Counted from the whole stretch's first letter, positions 1-16,001 are shown. The stretch: DNA of 62,792 nt, filler included, from Cercozoa sp. M6MM (GCA_040357565.1; 3 parts of 3 records of this genome joined end to end with filler, not necessarily neighbours in it); one strand, 5' to 3'. The notes: a model not told the origin generated them from the sequence alone. Made by a program: numbers and translations.

Positions 1-34
1 AAAAGAGGGGTAAGGGAACTAGGAAGTGTTTACA

Positions 35-704
35 TCAATGGTGCGTTCCAGACGGCGCTTGGACAGAAGCGAACTGTAGCGTCGGTACAGACCAGTCTGA
101 CCGGGTTTCTGCGGCCATTCCGACTCCGTTTTTGTTAAGGGGGCGTCCATTAGTGCGCCGAACTTGTCGTGACACAGGTGGCGCTCGGCACACGCCGGGT
201 GTTCTGGGGGGGGGGGGGGGGGGACGGGGGTAACGGGGGGGGGGGGTAAAGAGAGTAGGGAGTACCGGTGACATCCATCGGGTGATCACACGACGGCAGC
301 ACAGAGTTTAGCTTGTCGACCACTACACAACGCCCCCTTAATTAAAAGAAGTAAACCTCGACACCCTCAATCGAAAGTACCGCTGGCAGGAACCACAGCA
401 TAGCGACCCTTGCCAAGGAAGAGCACGCGCTCCGCATTCTCTTTCGCCTGCGGGAGTAGAGTAAAGGATTAAAAGAGTGTGAGGGGGGTAAACTACACTA
501 GCAGCCAGCGACTCGACTTGTTCCAACGTCGGGTTTCGCACCTACAATTTTGTGTGTGCGTTTCTTGCACACAGTCGCACTTCGCACAAAACTAGAGAAA
601 CGCACGAATCGACCCTCCGTCTGTAGAAGAGAATCAGCAGCAGAGAATGGATTCGCCTGCGTCCGTTGACTCAAGGCCAGAGCACTCGCCAGCAGCAACT
701 TCAT
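35..704 (-). CDS. Putative secreted protein of unknown function (spliced, exon structure uncertain)
   Basis: ATG at 704 gives MKLLLASALALSQRTQANPF (signal-peptide-like). Downstream GT-AG introns are low-complexity and C/G-rich; the last ORF segment ends at 35. Confidence 0.4.
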
Positions 705-967
705 CGCCACGCAGTCGTTTTTTCGCTGTCGCACAAATACCAAATCCAGCGCACAAGTGTAATTTAACAATCGTGATACTTCAACGAGCTTTCTAAGAAC
801 CACTACCAACTAAGGTGTCAACAGTGCAACAAGAAACAAACTGTATTCTGGTGCACCAGCGAGAGTGCGTGGAACTACGTAGCCGAAAATTAAAGCAAAT
901 AACACGGTTACGAGGCAGATTAGAATAGCACTGTTGAGTAAGCGTGTGCTTGTTCTGGGTTATAAAA

Positions 968-1973
968 ATGACTCGTGTGGTGCTCCTTGATGTTGGAGGT
1001 AGACTCTTGATCAGAATGCAGAGAGAATGCTCTTTGCACATTCCTGGAACTGTGCTCAGGCGTTCTGCTGAAGATGCGCGAGGACGCCAGGCCGCGAATG
1101 AACCAGTTCGCACGGGAACATGGTTTCGACACCTTCGCCGAGATGCATGCTGTACTTGGTTCCTCAGCTGTCCCTTTCTCACACAGCTAAATTGATGGCT
1201 TCCAGGCAATCTACAAGAACGAGATCTGGCTCAAGTGCAAGGCCGGTGTCTGCACGGCGCAAGAAATGATGCAAGCCACGATCCCGAATGTCACGGAGGC
1301 CAATGTCGACGCTTTCCTGCGCCGATGGTCACTTTGCCTTTTTCGTTTTTTCTGACTATTTTGACCGGGATTATTGTCCAGGCGTTCTGCACACGAGCCA
1401 CCCGAAGGCATGCGCGCTCTAGTGCAGGAACTCGCTGCTGCGCCTGCTGTTACACTTGCAATCCTGTCCAACTACGAGTACGTCTGCCCACCCATGTTTC
1501 AGTTTCTCTGAGTGAATCAGTTTTCTTGTATTCAGCAACACCCTCGTGGACGTGCTAGAAGCTAAACTTGGCGCTGACCTGCTTGATCATTTCGGCGATC
1601 GTGTCTACAACTCTTACGATCTGCAACTGTACAAACCACAGGTATGCACCAACCGTAGTTGTTCCTGCCATGCTTTATTTCGACTCTTGCTTTTGCACCG
1701 CCAGCCAGAGTGCTTTAGCGAAACGTTGAAACGACTCAGACAGTCACTCGAAACGGAAGAGGTGCAGGTTTTCTTTGTCGACGACAAGGCCGCCAATGTT
1801 GCCGAAGCGCGTCGTCAAGGCTGCCTCGGACACGTCCTGGTTCGTTTGTTTCTTTTGCCTTCTGTCTTCATTCTGCTTGTTATGTTGTGGCGGGTTAATG
1901 TCGATAGAATGGCAACGTGGACGAGCTGCGAGAGTCGCTGGTTTCGCATGGTTTCCTCAGCTCCACTGACTGA
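968..1973 (+). CDS. HAD-superfamily phosphatase (YihX / soluble epoxide hydrolase N-domain-like), multi-exon
   Basis: Spliced translation MTRVVLLDVGGVLL (motif I), YNSYDLQLYKP (motif III K), FFVDDKAANVAEARRQG (motif IV); ends SSTD* at 1973. Confidence 0.85.
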
Positions 1974-2094
1974 CGCAGTTTTGACGAAAACGTCGAGAAC
2001 ACCGCCCGCTGCACGCTCTCGAACTTGACTGCGCTGTGGCTTTCATTATAAATCAATGACTGGGCTACAGACGAATCCGAAGCTTACGTTACTT

Positions 2095-2312
2095 TGTTAC
2101 AGCATGAACTACTGTATTCGCGCGGGAGCAACCCTACAACTTAAAAACGTTCGCTGGTATCCTTGTTTCCGCAATTACCATCTGACGGGTGACTTCCCGT
2201 CCATCAGTGCTTTGCCGCCCAACTGAACCGTTGGGGTAACTCACTCATCAGCCTTTCTAAGTACCCTCAATTTACCAAGGCCTGATCCCTATCTGAGAGG
2301 GCTGCGGTAACA
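2095..2312 (+). mobile_element. 218-bp non-autonomous element (solo-LTR-like or Ginger/MITE-like), copy 1
   Basis: Starts TGTTACAGCAT and ends GCTGCGGTAACA (inverted termini). Flanked by a perfect ACTT direct repeat (2091-2094, 2313-2316). Segment 2179-2312 is homologous to 33751-33975. Confidence 0.8.
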
Positions 2313-2338
2313 ACTTGGTAACTAGTACAGTACAGTCG

Positions 2339-4519
<2,181 letters not shown>

Positions 4520-4869
4520 TCCCAAAACAAAAAGCTCCCAAAAAACGAAACCAGCTCGGGCGTTGCGTCGCGTTGATTAAAGGAAGCTCCTGGCAGCCTC
4601 TGCGAACGGTGCTTGCATCCTCGTGAGCTTAGCTAGCTATGCAGGCGTTCTGTCTGATTTTGGGTGGTAGTTTGTTTCGCTTCAGTTGGTTTGTCGCCAA
4701 ACTTTTAAACCCGTGTTTCGTTTTTCAGTTTCACAGAAGCGGAGGGCTAGCCACAGTACTTGTATCCTCGTCCTGTATCTACTCCGCTGACGAAAACTCA
4801 CTGACTGGACGTGAGTTCAATTCGGTCGATTGGCCGGCAACAATACACTGCGCAGACGAGACGTCGACG

Positions 4870-6062
4870 TCAAAGCTCAGCCTTTTCCTGCTGCTGCGCG
4901 TCCGAGACCTGCTCTGGCAGGTGCTGCTGCACAAACTGCACGAAGCTGCGCATCTCGTCGGGACAAGCTGCAAGCAAGCGAAAGAAATTATTTAGATTTT
5001 GCCATCTTGACATTATTCGAACTTTCATTCGAACGTTTTTGGAGTACCACTGTGCTCCATCGGGTAGCGCATCAGCTCGCACGGCACGTTGGCCGCTTTG
5101 AGCACCGCAAGCGACCGCTTGGCAAATTGCGGCTTGACCACTGGGTCGTATTCGCCATGGAACTGAAGCAAAAACAAAAATTACGACCAAAACCACAAAC
5201 GGCAGCACAGGTCTGCAAAAAATACCATGCGGCACGGTGTGCTTTTGTTGGCCTCGGAAAGGTTGGCAGCAAAGTCAGCATGCCATGGGAGGTATCCAGA
5301 CAACGCAGCGCATGCGGCCAGTCTCTCCGGGTATCTAGAGAATCCCAACGAGTGGCACAATCTAAATCGGTTCCGAGAAAGTACTACTATACCTGTAGGT
5401 GCTCAAAAGCGCAGTAGCAGCGCCTTGGGAGAAGCCAGCGACCATCACACGTGATGCATCGTCTTCCGCGCTAATCAGCTCTGACCACACCGGTCGAACC
5501 ATCAATTTAAAAAGGAAACGAAAACAAAAAATACGGTGAATGCGATCGATCGACTCTTGCAGACCATCGAAATCCTCAGAGTCCACGTCTTCCAGGCTGC
5601 AAAAGCATCTTGGATTTCAGATAGCACCATGCTTGATATAAGATGGAACCTCTTAATATCATGCCACGCCGTCATCGGAAAGCCACCATTCAACTGCAAC
5701 ATCAACATACTGTGATGAATAGATCAAGCAAGTCCAAAACAGGATGCACGGTGACTCGACGGATCGGCGCAGTCGGCAGAATGAACTTGACCCTGACACG
5801 TGGCGAGCGTAGCACCCATGATCAAACACAAACGGCATTCGGTACCATGGGAGCGCCTGCTTCTGGATTTGCGCCAACTCAGACGCCCAGCCAGCGGCTG
5901 TGTCGCCGAGACCATGCAGGAAGATCACCTGATCGAGAACCGCTGATTAGCTTCATTCGAACAGTCAAATTGATCGATTGCGGCAGAACGAGTTACAGTG
6001 GCCGTATGAGGACGGATGGCATTAAGAACGGTAGGTGTCATCGCTGAAGTATCCTGGCCCAT
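4870..6062 (-). CDS. Acyl-protein thioesterase / lysophospholipase (APT1/LYPLA-like)
   Basis: VIFLHGLGDT, KFILPTAP, LNGGFPMTAWHDI, GFSQGA (nucleophile), LSGYL, FHGEYDPVV, MEHS..CPDEM. Confidence 0.92.
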
Positions 6063-6165
6063 GCGCAACAAGACTCTAAACAGTCTGTTGACCGAGAAAA
6101 GTCGAGATTAATTTTCTTTAATTTTATGTGATTCGCGCCGGTTTGTACCATATTTCTGGACTAGA

Positions 6166-9100
6166 TTATTTGACTTCAAAGTTGGCCTGAGCGGACGAAC
6201 TTAGTATTTTTCGCACGCCTGACAGAGTCGCTTTGAGCACTCCAACCTGTAGGACGAGTAGGTGGCATTTAGTGACCCAAACTCAGAAAAAAGAATGGTT
6301 TTACCTGCACTCCGTCCAGATGGACAGGCACTTCGCAGCAGCACTGCTTGGCCAAAGCGTCACCCGACAGTTGCGTGAACACCGAGCGCAGCGACAAACG
6401 AGCCTGCGAACCTTCCATCAAAGTGTTACATTTTGAACCACCTGGCAAAACGAACCTCAGCTTCGAAAGGCAACAGCGAGACATGGACGAAACTACGCTG
6501 CAAAAAAGTTGCGCTGCCTCCTGCAGACAACAACAGACAGTGAAAAACAAAGGTTAAACACCTCAAATAAGCTCACCAATCAGTGAATCAGCCAGAGAGG
6601 CATTGCCAAAATGCCAAATTAGCGTTTTTCCATCACTCGCGCTGTGACGTTTCGCACTAAGCAAAAAACAACATCACCAAGAAAGAAAAGATAATGAAAC
6701 AACAAACCAAGTGGTAGTTTCAGCAGAAAGTGCAGGCGATGTGAATCTTAGCTGCACTTCTGCGTTGCGAATTTCTTCTTCTGATCGGCTTTGATGCAAA
6801 AAATATAAATAAAGGGAAAAAGCAGAAAGAGGATACGAAATTACACGTGCTTGCGCCCTCGTCGAAGCAGCATGTGTGAGAACAGCTTAACGGTGCAACC
6901 TTCGACAAACTTGACCTGTCAAGTTTGCCAATAAAGTCGAACACTTAGTTACTTGTACATTCAAGCTTACCGAAAACTGAGCACGCGACGTTGCGAAATC
7001 GACAGAGTTGAGTGGCTTTTTCAACTGAAAACACAAGGGTAAACCAGTTACGCCAAAATAAAAAAGAGTGAAACTTACTTGGACACAGAATTGAGCGTAA
7101 ACTGGTCGATGATCGCTGCAAAAACGAAAGGAATAAAAAGAAAAAGACAAAAAGAACGGTCATCTCTTGAAATACCTGCCGAGCATTGAATGAGCGGCAT
7201 CGTATTTCAGCAGTTCCACTCCTCCTGAGTCTTTTTTCTGCCGAGTAAACGTAAACAACTAGGAAAAACTGTACACAACAGAAACTGTACCCCTGTGACA
7301 GTGTCAGTGGCGTGTTGTCGCAGAAACAGCACTCGATCGGTCCAGCTCGCGCTTTGATCGCGTTTGTTATTGTAGGCATCACCTGTGTTACAACAGAATA
7401 GCAACACGCCGCAAGTCCAGACAAAAAATCAAATTACAATGTCGTTCCATCCGATAAGTTGGTTTGAATCTCCAAAATTCACCCTGTCCGCGCGGATACA
7501 ACAAAAACTAGAGAACCAACAAACAGTTTAAACCTCCTCAAAGCCGCTAAAGACGGGCCGTGGCACTGCCGAAAGTGCACGTGACAACTGATCGTGTTTG
7601 GCGAGGTTTTGCAAATTCTCCGTTGCTTTTACGCTGCTCTGCTCGAGACAGATGCATCAATAATTTTTTTTTTTTTGACTGGAAGAAGTAAAAATACGGC
7701 GAAATCGAGTTCAGCGATGCGGTAGTTGAGATCGCCAGCAAACACGCAGAGATCACTACAAACATAAACTTAAAGATAAAATTTGTCCTTTGAAACCATT
7801 CAACTGAAGGTCAAGTTACGCATCGAAAGGCGACCAGTGTGCCAGTTCGTCGCTTTCTTCGATCGGCAGACAGGTCAGTTGCGCCAACACTCGTGCAGCA
7901 TCGTCGTGCCGCCTCTGAGCAAACCCATTGAGTACTTCATCTACACTGAAACTCACACAACTACCTGAAGTCGTTCTGCTCTCGCTGCCAGATGCGCGCC
8001 GATTAGCGTGATTCGAGTGTCCTAAGTTGAGAAGGTACAACTTATAGTATCAGTTTTCCTTGTGTTTACCAACAGACTGAAGGAGACACACGCGCAGCCT
8101 TTGTTGCCAACAATGTCGCCGATGCCACAGGCAACCGAGTGTGTGCGCAGACATGTCACGAAACTGCACAAAACTCGAATATAACAAAGTTGAAACTGAA
8201 GAAACTGTTTCAAATCAAAAGACAAAAAAAAAAACTGGAGAATATCAAATTCAAAGAAAAACTTGCAAAACATTGAATTCGAAAGCAAAAAAAAGATTAA
8301 AAAACGCACGGAAGCAGCGATCGTGGCACAAAAACGACGGCGCAGATTTGCCGAAGCGACTCTGTGGCCAGCACGTCGACTTCAGTTTGCTGGCGTTTCT
8401 CCAGGAACTCGCGTATTCTCGCGATGGTGGCTTCCTTGTCGTGCCGCCGCATCTCCTGCAGCGTCACAAACACGACGTCGTTTCTGCTGTTGCACGCGCC
8501 CAGAAGATTTTCGAGCGAGCAAGGTTCAATCACACTGCTAATTTCGTCACGAAACAAGCTTGTTTGGAGACAGTAATTTGAGACACTTGGAGCAGAGTAC
8601 GAGGGTACCGAGTGAAATAGTTGACCACCTCGTTTTCGACCTGCACATCATCGCTCAGCGAGTGCGACTGCGCGTACAGTCGCTTGTGCGCAGTTGCATG
8701 TGCCACAGCATCCTGTACAAACGTACTGGGCAGGTACAAGTGGACTAGGTAGAGTACAAACAGACCTGCATGTCATCTGGACTGCCAACGATGCACGGAG
8801 CGTCGCCAAGGTTCCACGTGACTGCCAACAGACGCACCTGCGGCTTCATTTGATCTGTCCAAACACGAGTCCATTTGTACTATCACACCGGTCCATGGAG
8901 TGGTTTATATTGGGTTCACTCCAGTTTAATTTTAAAGTACCAAATTGCGGCAGAAACAACCGTAGCTGTCGTCGCGTCAGCAAAGCCAAAAACGCCTCGC
9001 TTGCTCGTGCCTGGAGATTTTAATAAAGGGTGCGGACTCAGATTTAACCAAGAGAATTAGGAGTTTGTTAAAGGAGAGTAATTGGTACCGTAGCGAACTC

Positions 9101-11405
9101 GAAAATGCGAGTGAAAGTCGTCGTCAACGCCAACCGGCGGCGCTGCTGGCAACGCTGCAGTTTGACCTGCGGAATGGGGTAAAGTCGGTTCAAAAGGGGG
9201 TAAGAGCAAAGTACACTGCGAAGATCGATGGCACACATGGCACTTTCTGCTTTGATGTAGTACACGACGTCCATGTTCTCCTTGGGCAGGTAGAACATTC
9301 TGCAAGCACATTCTCCCAACAAACATCAAAGGTAGAATATCAAAGGTAGAAGAAGGGCCACATACCGACGCGACTTGCGACGCGAAGTGTGGCATTTTGT
9401 GACAGGAAAAACTTCGCCTGAACACACTTAAGTAAAACTTCTCCCTTAATTTTAGTTAAGTCTGCGAAATACCATCGTTGACGCCGGCAGCGACGACGGC
9501 GACGCCAAAGCTGCGCAACGCTGCACAAAAGTGCCGCCGTTCGAATGCGTTTCTCTACGTTAATTTTGAGCGGTTGAACACTACAGTGAAAAATAGTTAA
9601 GGGTACGAAAGCAGCCCGAAACGGCCGCTGTGAAGCTGTGGTGAAAGTGATGTGAACTGCCGCATCCGACACGCCTTCTTCCGCTGAAAAAAAGGTTTCT
9701 TGTATTTCTACAGATAAAAAAATACAATGATAATGCGGAAATCTACTCGAAAGCTGCGTTTGAGACTCAGTTTCGACCAAAGCAATCGAATCGAACGCGA
9801 AAGCCTGAAACAGCAAAAAAACTGAAAAAATTAAACCAGGAAATTACAGTTCGAGCACCTTGCGAATCTTGTGTTGCGCATCCAAAAGTCGCAAGCCTTC
9901 CGCCGGGTGTACAACCTTTCCCAAAGTGCACACGCTTTCATTTTTGTATCACCTCAACTCCAACACGAAAGAAAAGATACAAGAATTCGCTGTTGAGAGC
10001 GGCCGAAGCGATTCAACTTGACCACATTATACTCCAACAAGGCAGGTGCTAAACAAATCGACTTTAGAACTGTCGGTTTTTCTCGCATTATCCATAACTT
10101 ACCGTCTGTGTCGACGTTTTTCTCGCTCAATCGGCACAACAAATTCACGAAAATCGTCATCTCTGCGACTCAACACAATAAACTCGAACTACAAATATCC
10201 ATCTTACCAGAAGCATGACTGAAGCGCAACGTAGTTGAACGCATGCCACTCGAATCGGTAAACTTGACAAATATTTGCTTGCCTGAGCCAAAAAACGGCA
10301 AACTGAAAATCGACAAAATGTAAGAAAATGAAACAACACACACCGCGAACATCGGTGACTTCGACTTTCTCGATGCTCGAAGTTGCAAACTCTGAACGTA
10401 GCTCGCCTTTCTTCGTTTCGTTTTCAAAAACTAGCAGCAGACACACCACTTCAGTTGACTCGCTCAGTTTCTCAAAGACGAACTTAATACCTTGCACCGA
10501 ACGAAGTGCTTTGTCGATCACGAAGGTGCGGCTCACTTGCATGCCTAGATCATCGTTCATTCGAGCGCTTATAAGTGAAAAAATAAGTACTTTTACCTCG
10601 CTTGAGCACTTTTTGAACATTAAATGTGACTTTGTTTGAATTTGAAACTTCAGCGTTCTCGACGTTTTTTGCATTCTCTGCAGTCCGCGCGAATGATGTC
10701 TCAGTAGGTGGAGGAGGCGCTGCTACCGTCGGCATTGGTGGAATGTCCATTTGAATCTGTGAAAAGATGTTCGGTAACGTGTAACCTTAGATAGGGCAGC
10801 TTACAGAGTCATTCGCGCTGTGTCGCTTTGGCGCTTCGAGTTGACTTGAACTGGATCGCTCGAAACACGGCACTGAAAGCGACGAAGCTCGTGTCTTCGA
10901 AAACGTGCAAATTATGGTAAATTATAGTCGAAACTTGCTCTGCTACCTGGAATTGTCGTCCACTCGACTTGCCCAAAGTGAGGGTTTGCATTTTCTTTCT
11001 CAAGGTGTTTTTTCTCGTGTGTGTGCCTGGCGGTGCGATCAGTGCCTGCGAAAAGGAAAAGGTTTTAGTTTGATCGCAGTGGTTCCAACTTAGAAAAGTT
11101 TTGCTACTGAGTCGAGTGGCAACCAGTGGGAAGTTGAAGTCACTTTGACACATTGTCTTGCCTCGCTGAACTTGGCGACCTGCACAATGACGGGTAAAAC
11201 GCAGGATGGCTTAAGCGAAGCAATATCACCTTTCGCAGGTGCCACGTGTTGCCATCGAAATAGTCAATGTCACTGCCAACCTCCAAGAATCGTCCATGGA
11301 CTTGAAAGCCGCGCTTGCTCATCTGAAGGAAATAGCTCTAGATTGCTTGGCGAGCAAAAATTTAACCCTACCGTCTGCTGATTCGGACGAGCCTATGATC
11401 ATGCA
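6166..11405 (-). CDS. Inositol polyphosphate 5-phosphatase with N-terminal PH-like domains (many introns; 5' end uncertain)
   Basis: Catalytic motifs NKG, FKPTY (about 7450-7470), SASWTDRVLF (7320-7350), SDHRPVYAQF (about 7100). PH-like segment EYNVVKLNRFGRSQQRIL. Confidence 0.8.
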
Positions 11406-11587
11406 CACATGTGCACACAGTAACGCACCGTTTAGTTCTTGCCTTGACCGGTCCTCATCTTAAGTGTTGGCAACAATCAGCGCTCCGAAAAGTACCACCG
11501 ACCTGACAGCTTACAAGTACTGCAGTCCAATGTACTGTACTTAGTGCTTGCAGGAAGCAGGAGTTGAACACCTCTACTGATCTACTC

Positions 11588-12814
11588 ATGTCTAAGAGCG
11601 AACCGAGAAATGGCGGCGATGGTTCGAGTTTTTTAGACACTCTTTCATCGTTCTCAAAGCGCGCCGTCCAAGATGTGTACCTCTTCTGATTTTGGTTTGG
11701 CTTGTGCTAGGACTTTTTCACACGGGCAGGATGGGTTGCAAGGACATGACCAAGATTCAAGCTGAGTCGTTGCCGCACATTCTTGACAACAAGGATGTGC
11801 TTGGCCACGCATACACGGGCTCAGGCAAGACCCTTGCCTTTTTGCTACCGACGATTGAACGCATTTGTAGCTTTAACCTTGCTTTTTCACCGCCAGGTAA
11901 AATAATTTTGAGGTTTCGCGTTTTGTCAGTTGGCAACGAAAAAACTCGCAGCAGTTCTGGAACTCGTATTTCAGTTTTACATCACCAGCGATTTTCGTTT
12001 GATGGCAGCGGAACCGGTGTCTTTTTGTTAAAAAAACAGAGGTGTTGGTGATTTCGCCGACCCGTACACTGGCCAGGGAGATCGCAGCCCAGGTTTGCCA
12101 TGATTGTGGCTTTTCGAGTTTTTTTTTAAAACTCACATTGTTTCCCTTTGTTTTTGAGTAGTCAGCTGAGTTGCTAAAGTTCCGCGACAAACACGCGACG
12201 CAGGTTCTGGTGGGTGGTGTAAGCCGGTCGCACGATATTCATGGCTTCAGCGGGTGTCTTTTTTCTGTTTTGCCCGTTCAGTTTGTAAAGTTTTTCGGTT
12301 TTACTGTACTTTTTAATGTTACAAAGTCAAGCACCTAGTGTGTTGATTGCGACGCCTGGCCGCCTGTTGGACCACCTGCGCAGCGGCGAATTGATCTACG
12401 AGTACCTCCGCCATCTTTGTGCCTGCAGTTTGGTCTTGTTGCGGTGGCATGCTTTTGTGACAGGGCGTTGCAGCACGTGGAGACTCTTGTGTTGGACGAA
12501 GCCGACGCTTTGCTGGACATGGGTTTCGGAGGCGACATCGAGGCCATTCTGGAGTTGGTACAATCGCATTTGTTTTTCGACTTGCTCTCTTGGTACGCTT
12601 GGTGATTGCAGCTACCCAAGAACCGCCAGACGCTGCTGTTCTCAGCAACGGCGCCGCCAGGTATCTTTGTGTTGTTTTTTGTCTCAGCTGTTCGATTTTT
12701 GTTGTGTGTTGTTTACTTTTCCTGACGAATCAAGGCCTTCACGAATTGATTTTACTTGCGCTCAAAAACGACTTTGTCACTGTCGACTGCGTCTCACACA
12801 ATGACGACAATTGA
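11588..12814 (+). CDS. Truncated DEAD-box helicase paralogue (RecA1 domain only), tandem duplicate of the downstream gene
   Basis: [57 protein letters not shown], then stop (HNDDN*). Same intron positions as 12994-16001. Confidence 0.8.
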
Positions 12815-12993
12815 ATGCCGTTCGTGTGCACGGCAATGAACTTTTATACTGTACGAGCAATAAGTTATAATTATGCTGGCGACAATCGGCGCTCCGGAGA
12901 CGAAATTTGCTTCTGGATTTTCTCGAATAATCAAGAGTTTTGCTTGCTTCCCATTGGATACTTTGGCTACGCTTGCATAGTATTAACTCATTC

Positions 12994-15900
12994 ATGTCGT
13001 TCTCAGCCGAAAACAGAAACCAAGATGGTGGCTCGAATTTTTCGAGCCAGTCCAGCCAGCGCGGACGCAGTCGTGCGCGTGGTGGCCGCCGCGGCGGAGG
13101 CTGGCGGCGCAACAACTCCGCACGCAGCAAGGACCGCGGAGATGACACAGTGAGCCGCAGCTATGGCGAAGAGTCGGGCAACTCGCGAAACAACTCCAAT
13201 AATCGTCGCCGCCGTCAGCGCAAGCCGCGTTCCGCACGTGAGAACGCGCCGCTGGCCGCGAACTCGCATGCTTCTGCAAAGACGAACGAACTCGATGCTG
13301 TTTTTGAGGCTTCCTCCAGTAATACATTTCTTTTTTTGTTTTGTTTCTCTTGCTTGATGTGTTTTTTTTTTTGTTTCTCTTGATTGATGTGTTTGTTTGT
13401 TTTTTTGAACAGCCGAAACGAGCAGCACTTTCGACAAGCCATCCTTCATCACTGATCAGGCTTTTGAGGAGGCACCGATTTCCACGTTTTCGAAGCGTGC
13501 CATCAGTGAAGTGTACTTCGGCCGTTCTCTGTTTCAGAGTTTCTTTTTTTTTTTGTAATTTACTTTTTTCCGGCAGGATGGGTCACAAGTACATGACCAA
13601 GATCCAGGCCGAGTCTCTGCCGCATGTTCTTGGCAACAAGGATGTGCTTGGTCGTGCACGTACGGGTACGGGAAAAACCGTTGCCTTCTTGCTGCCGACG
13701 ATTGAGCGAATCTGTAACCTCACAATTCATCTCCAGTTTTACCTCTCTGTTTTAAGTTTGGTTTCTGTGTTTAGTCGGAACCGAGAAGAGCCGCAGCAGC
13801 CGTGGAACTCGTATTGTTTTGCTTTAATAATTTGACTCACATTTGCTCAGCGAATTGGGATTCTGGATGTGTTATAAATAAACAGAGGTGCTGGTGATAT
13901 CGCCGACGCGCGAACTCGCCAAGCAGATCGCGACTCAGGTCAGTTTTATCAGTTGTGGTCCGGTTTTTGAAGAGCAGTTGGATACATGAGTTCGCGCAGT
14001 CGACTGAACTGCTGAAGTTCCGCAACGAGCACGCGACGCAGGTTTTCATGGGCGGCACCAACAAGTCGCGCGATATCCGCGGCTTCCGTGGGTGTGTTTT
14101 GCTCGATCAACTTGAGTCCAATCTTTATGTGCTAGTATGCTGCACAGACAAGCACCCAGTGTGTTGGTTGCGACGCCTGGTCGTTTGTTGGATCACCTGC
14201 GGACCAGCGACTTGATCTACGAGTACGTTTTTGCGCTTTTATTGTTGCATGACCCTTAATGATAGACAAACGTTTCGTGCAGTGCGCTGCAGCACGTGGA
14301 GACTCTTGTGTTGGACGAAGCCGACGTTCTGCTGGATATGGGCTTCCGTCGCGATGTCGAGGCCATTCTGAAGTTGGTGCAATGGCTTTGTGCTTCATGT
14401 TTAACTCTGTTTTGTATTGTACTGTTTGACAGCTGCCCAAAAACCGTCAGACACTGCTGTTCTCGGCTACGACGCCGCCAGGTACTTTCTTCTGTTGCTG
14501 CTCTGCTTTGCTTTGAAGTTATCGTGGTTTTTAGGTCTGCACGAAGTGATCTCGCTTGCTCTCAAGAACGATTTTGTCACCATCGATTGCATTTCGGACG
14601 GTACCTTTGCTTTTTAAGGGGAGGAGTGTTGAAGTGTGTGTTTACTATTTAAATCAGGTGATGCCAATGATGATAACAACGACAACCTGCACGCGTATTC
14701 TCAACTTTTTGTGGTATGCAGATATAGAAACTTGATTGGATTCTTGCAGCCACGTTCCGCAACGCCACGTGGTGCTACCGTCGATCGAGACTCTTGTGGC
14801 TGCTCTGCGTGCTGTTATCACCAACGATGGACAGCAGGGCGTATTTTTTGCTTTTTGTATCGAATCTGTTTTCGTGTTCTCCAGATATGAGTTAATGTCT
14901 TGAGCAGAAGTTTGTCGTATTCTTCCCGACCGCTCGTGTTGTGGGATTCTTCGCAACTCGTACTCTTTTCTTTTGATTGTTTGTGTCGTTGGCTCGTGGA
15001 CTGAGTTGCTTGCAGTGTTCCGCGATGTCTTCCGCATCCCGGTGCTCGAACTGCACAGCCGCAAGTCGCAGGTTTTCTTTCTCTTTGTTTCTTTTATTAT
15101 TCATCTCTTATTGAAAGCCTTGAATGTTCTGTGGACAGAACGTGCGCACGCGTACGTCGCAACAGTTCCGTGACGCGCGCTACGGCGTGCTGTTCACGAG
15201 TGACGTTTCTGCACGCGGCGTGGATTACCCGCACGTGTCGCATGTGGTATCATTTTCTCGTTTATACTGACGAAAATAACCGTGACTGGAGTTCTTTGCA
15301 GGTGCAAGTTGGCATGCCGTCGAGCAAGGAGCAGTACATCCACCGTGTAGGCCGCACCGGCCGTGCCGGAAAGGAGGGTCAAGGCTTGCTGATGCTGGTA
15401 TCACTACAATGATCGTTCAGAGAACCTCTCCTTCTGAGTCATCGTTGCTTTTTCATAGTGTCCGTTCGAGAGCGTATTCCTGCGCGATCTGCGCGACATG
15501 GACGTGCCGCGTTGCGACGAGTGGCACACGCGTCTGCATGACCCGCAGCTGTGCCCTGTCTTTTTTTTTTTGACTCCACAAATTATGGCTGACTTGAATT
15601 GCAGGCAAGAAGAGTCTGACAAGATTCGCGAAACGCTGCGACGTGAAGTGCGTCGAAGCTCGAACTTTCACAAGGCTGCCACTCAGGTACTGCTCGGTTA
15701 ATCAATTTGCTGGCTTTTTAGACTTTTGCGTCCGCGCGTAGGCCTACCAAGCATTCCTCGGTTTCTACAACTCGAACCTAAAGAAACTCGGCTGGAACAA
15801 GAACAAGGTTCTGCTGGTACCTTCCATTCGGCAGTGTTCCATGTGTGCTTCAGTCATGCTTCAATAAAATATGGTGTGCTGCAGGTGGACAAGGCGAACG

Positions 15901-16001
15901 AGTTTGCTCAAGTGATCGGATTCGACGAGTCGCCTGCTCTGCTGAAGCGCACGGTGGGCAAGATGGGTCTCAAGGGCGTTCGTGGCCTTCGAGTGCAGTA
16001 A
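12994..16001 (+). CDS. DEAD-box RNA helicase, Mss116/CYT-19-like, with RGG-rich N-terminus
   Basis: Q motif, TGTGKT, PTRELA, TPGRL, DEAD, SAT, LHSRKSQ, TSDVSARGVDYP, YIHRVGRTGRAGKEG, and C-terminal AYQAFLGFYNS...VGKMGLKGVRGL typical of this subfamily. Confidence 0.93.

Noticed and set aside
2240-2262. CTGATGAG on the minus strand as a hammerhead ribozyme core
   Set aside because: No GAAA after the putative stem II, and the motif is absent from copy B.
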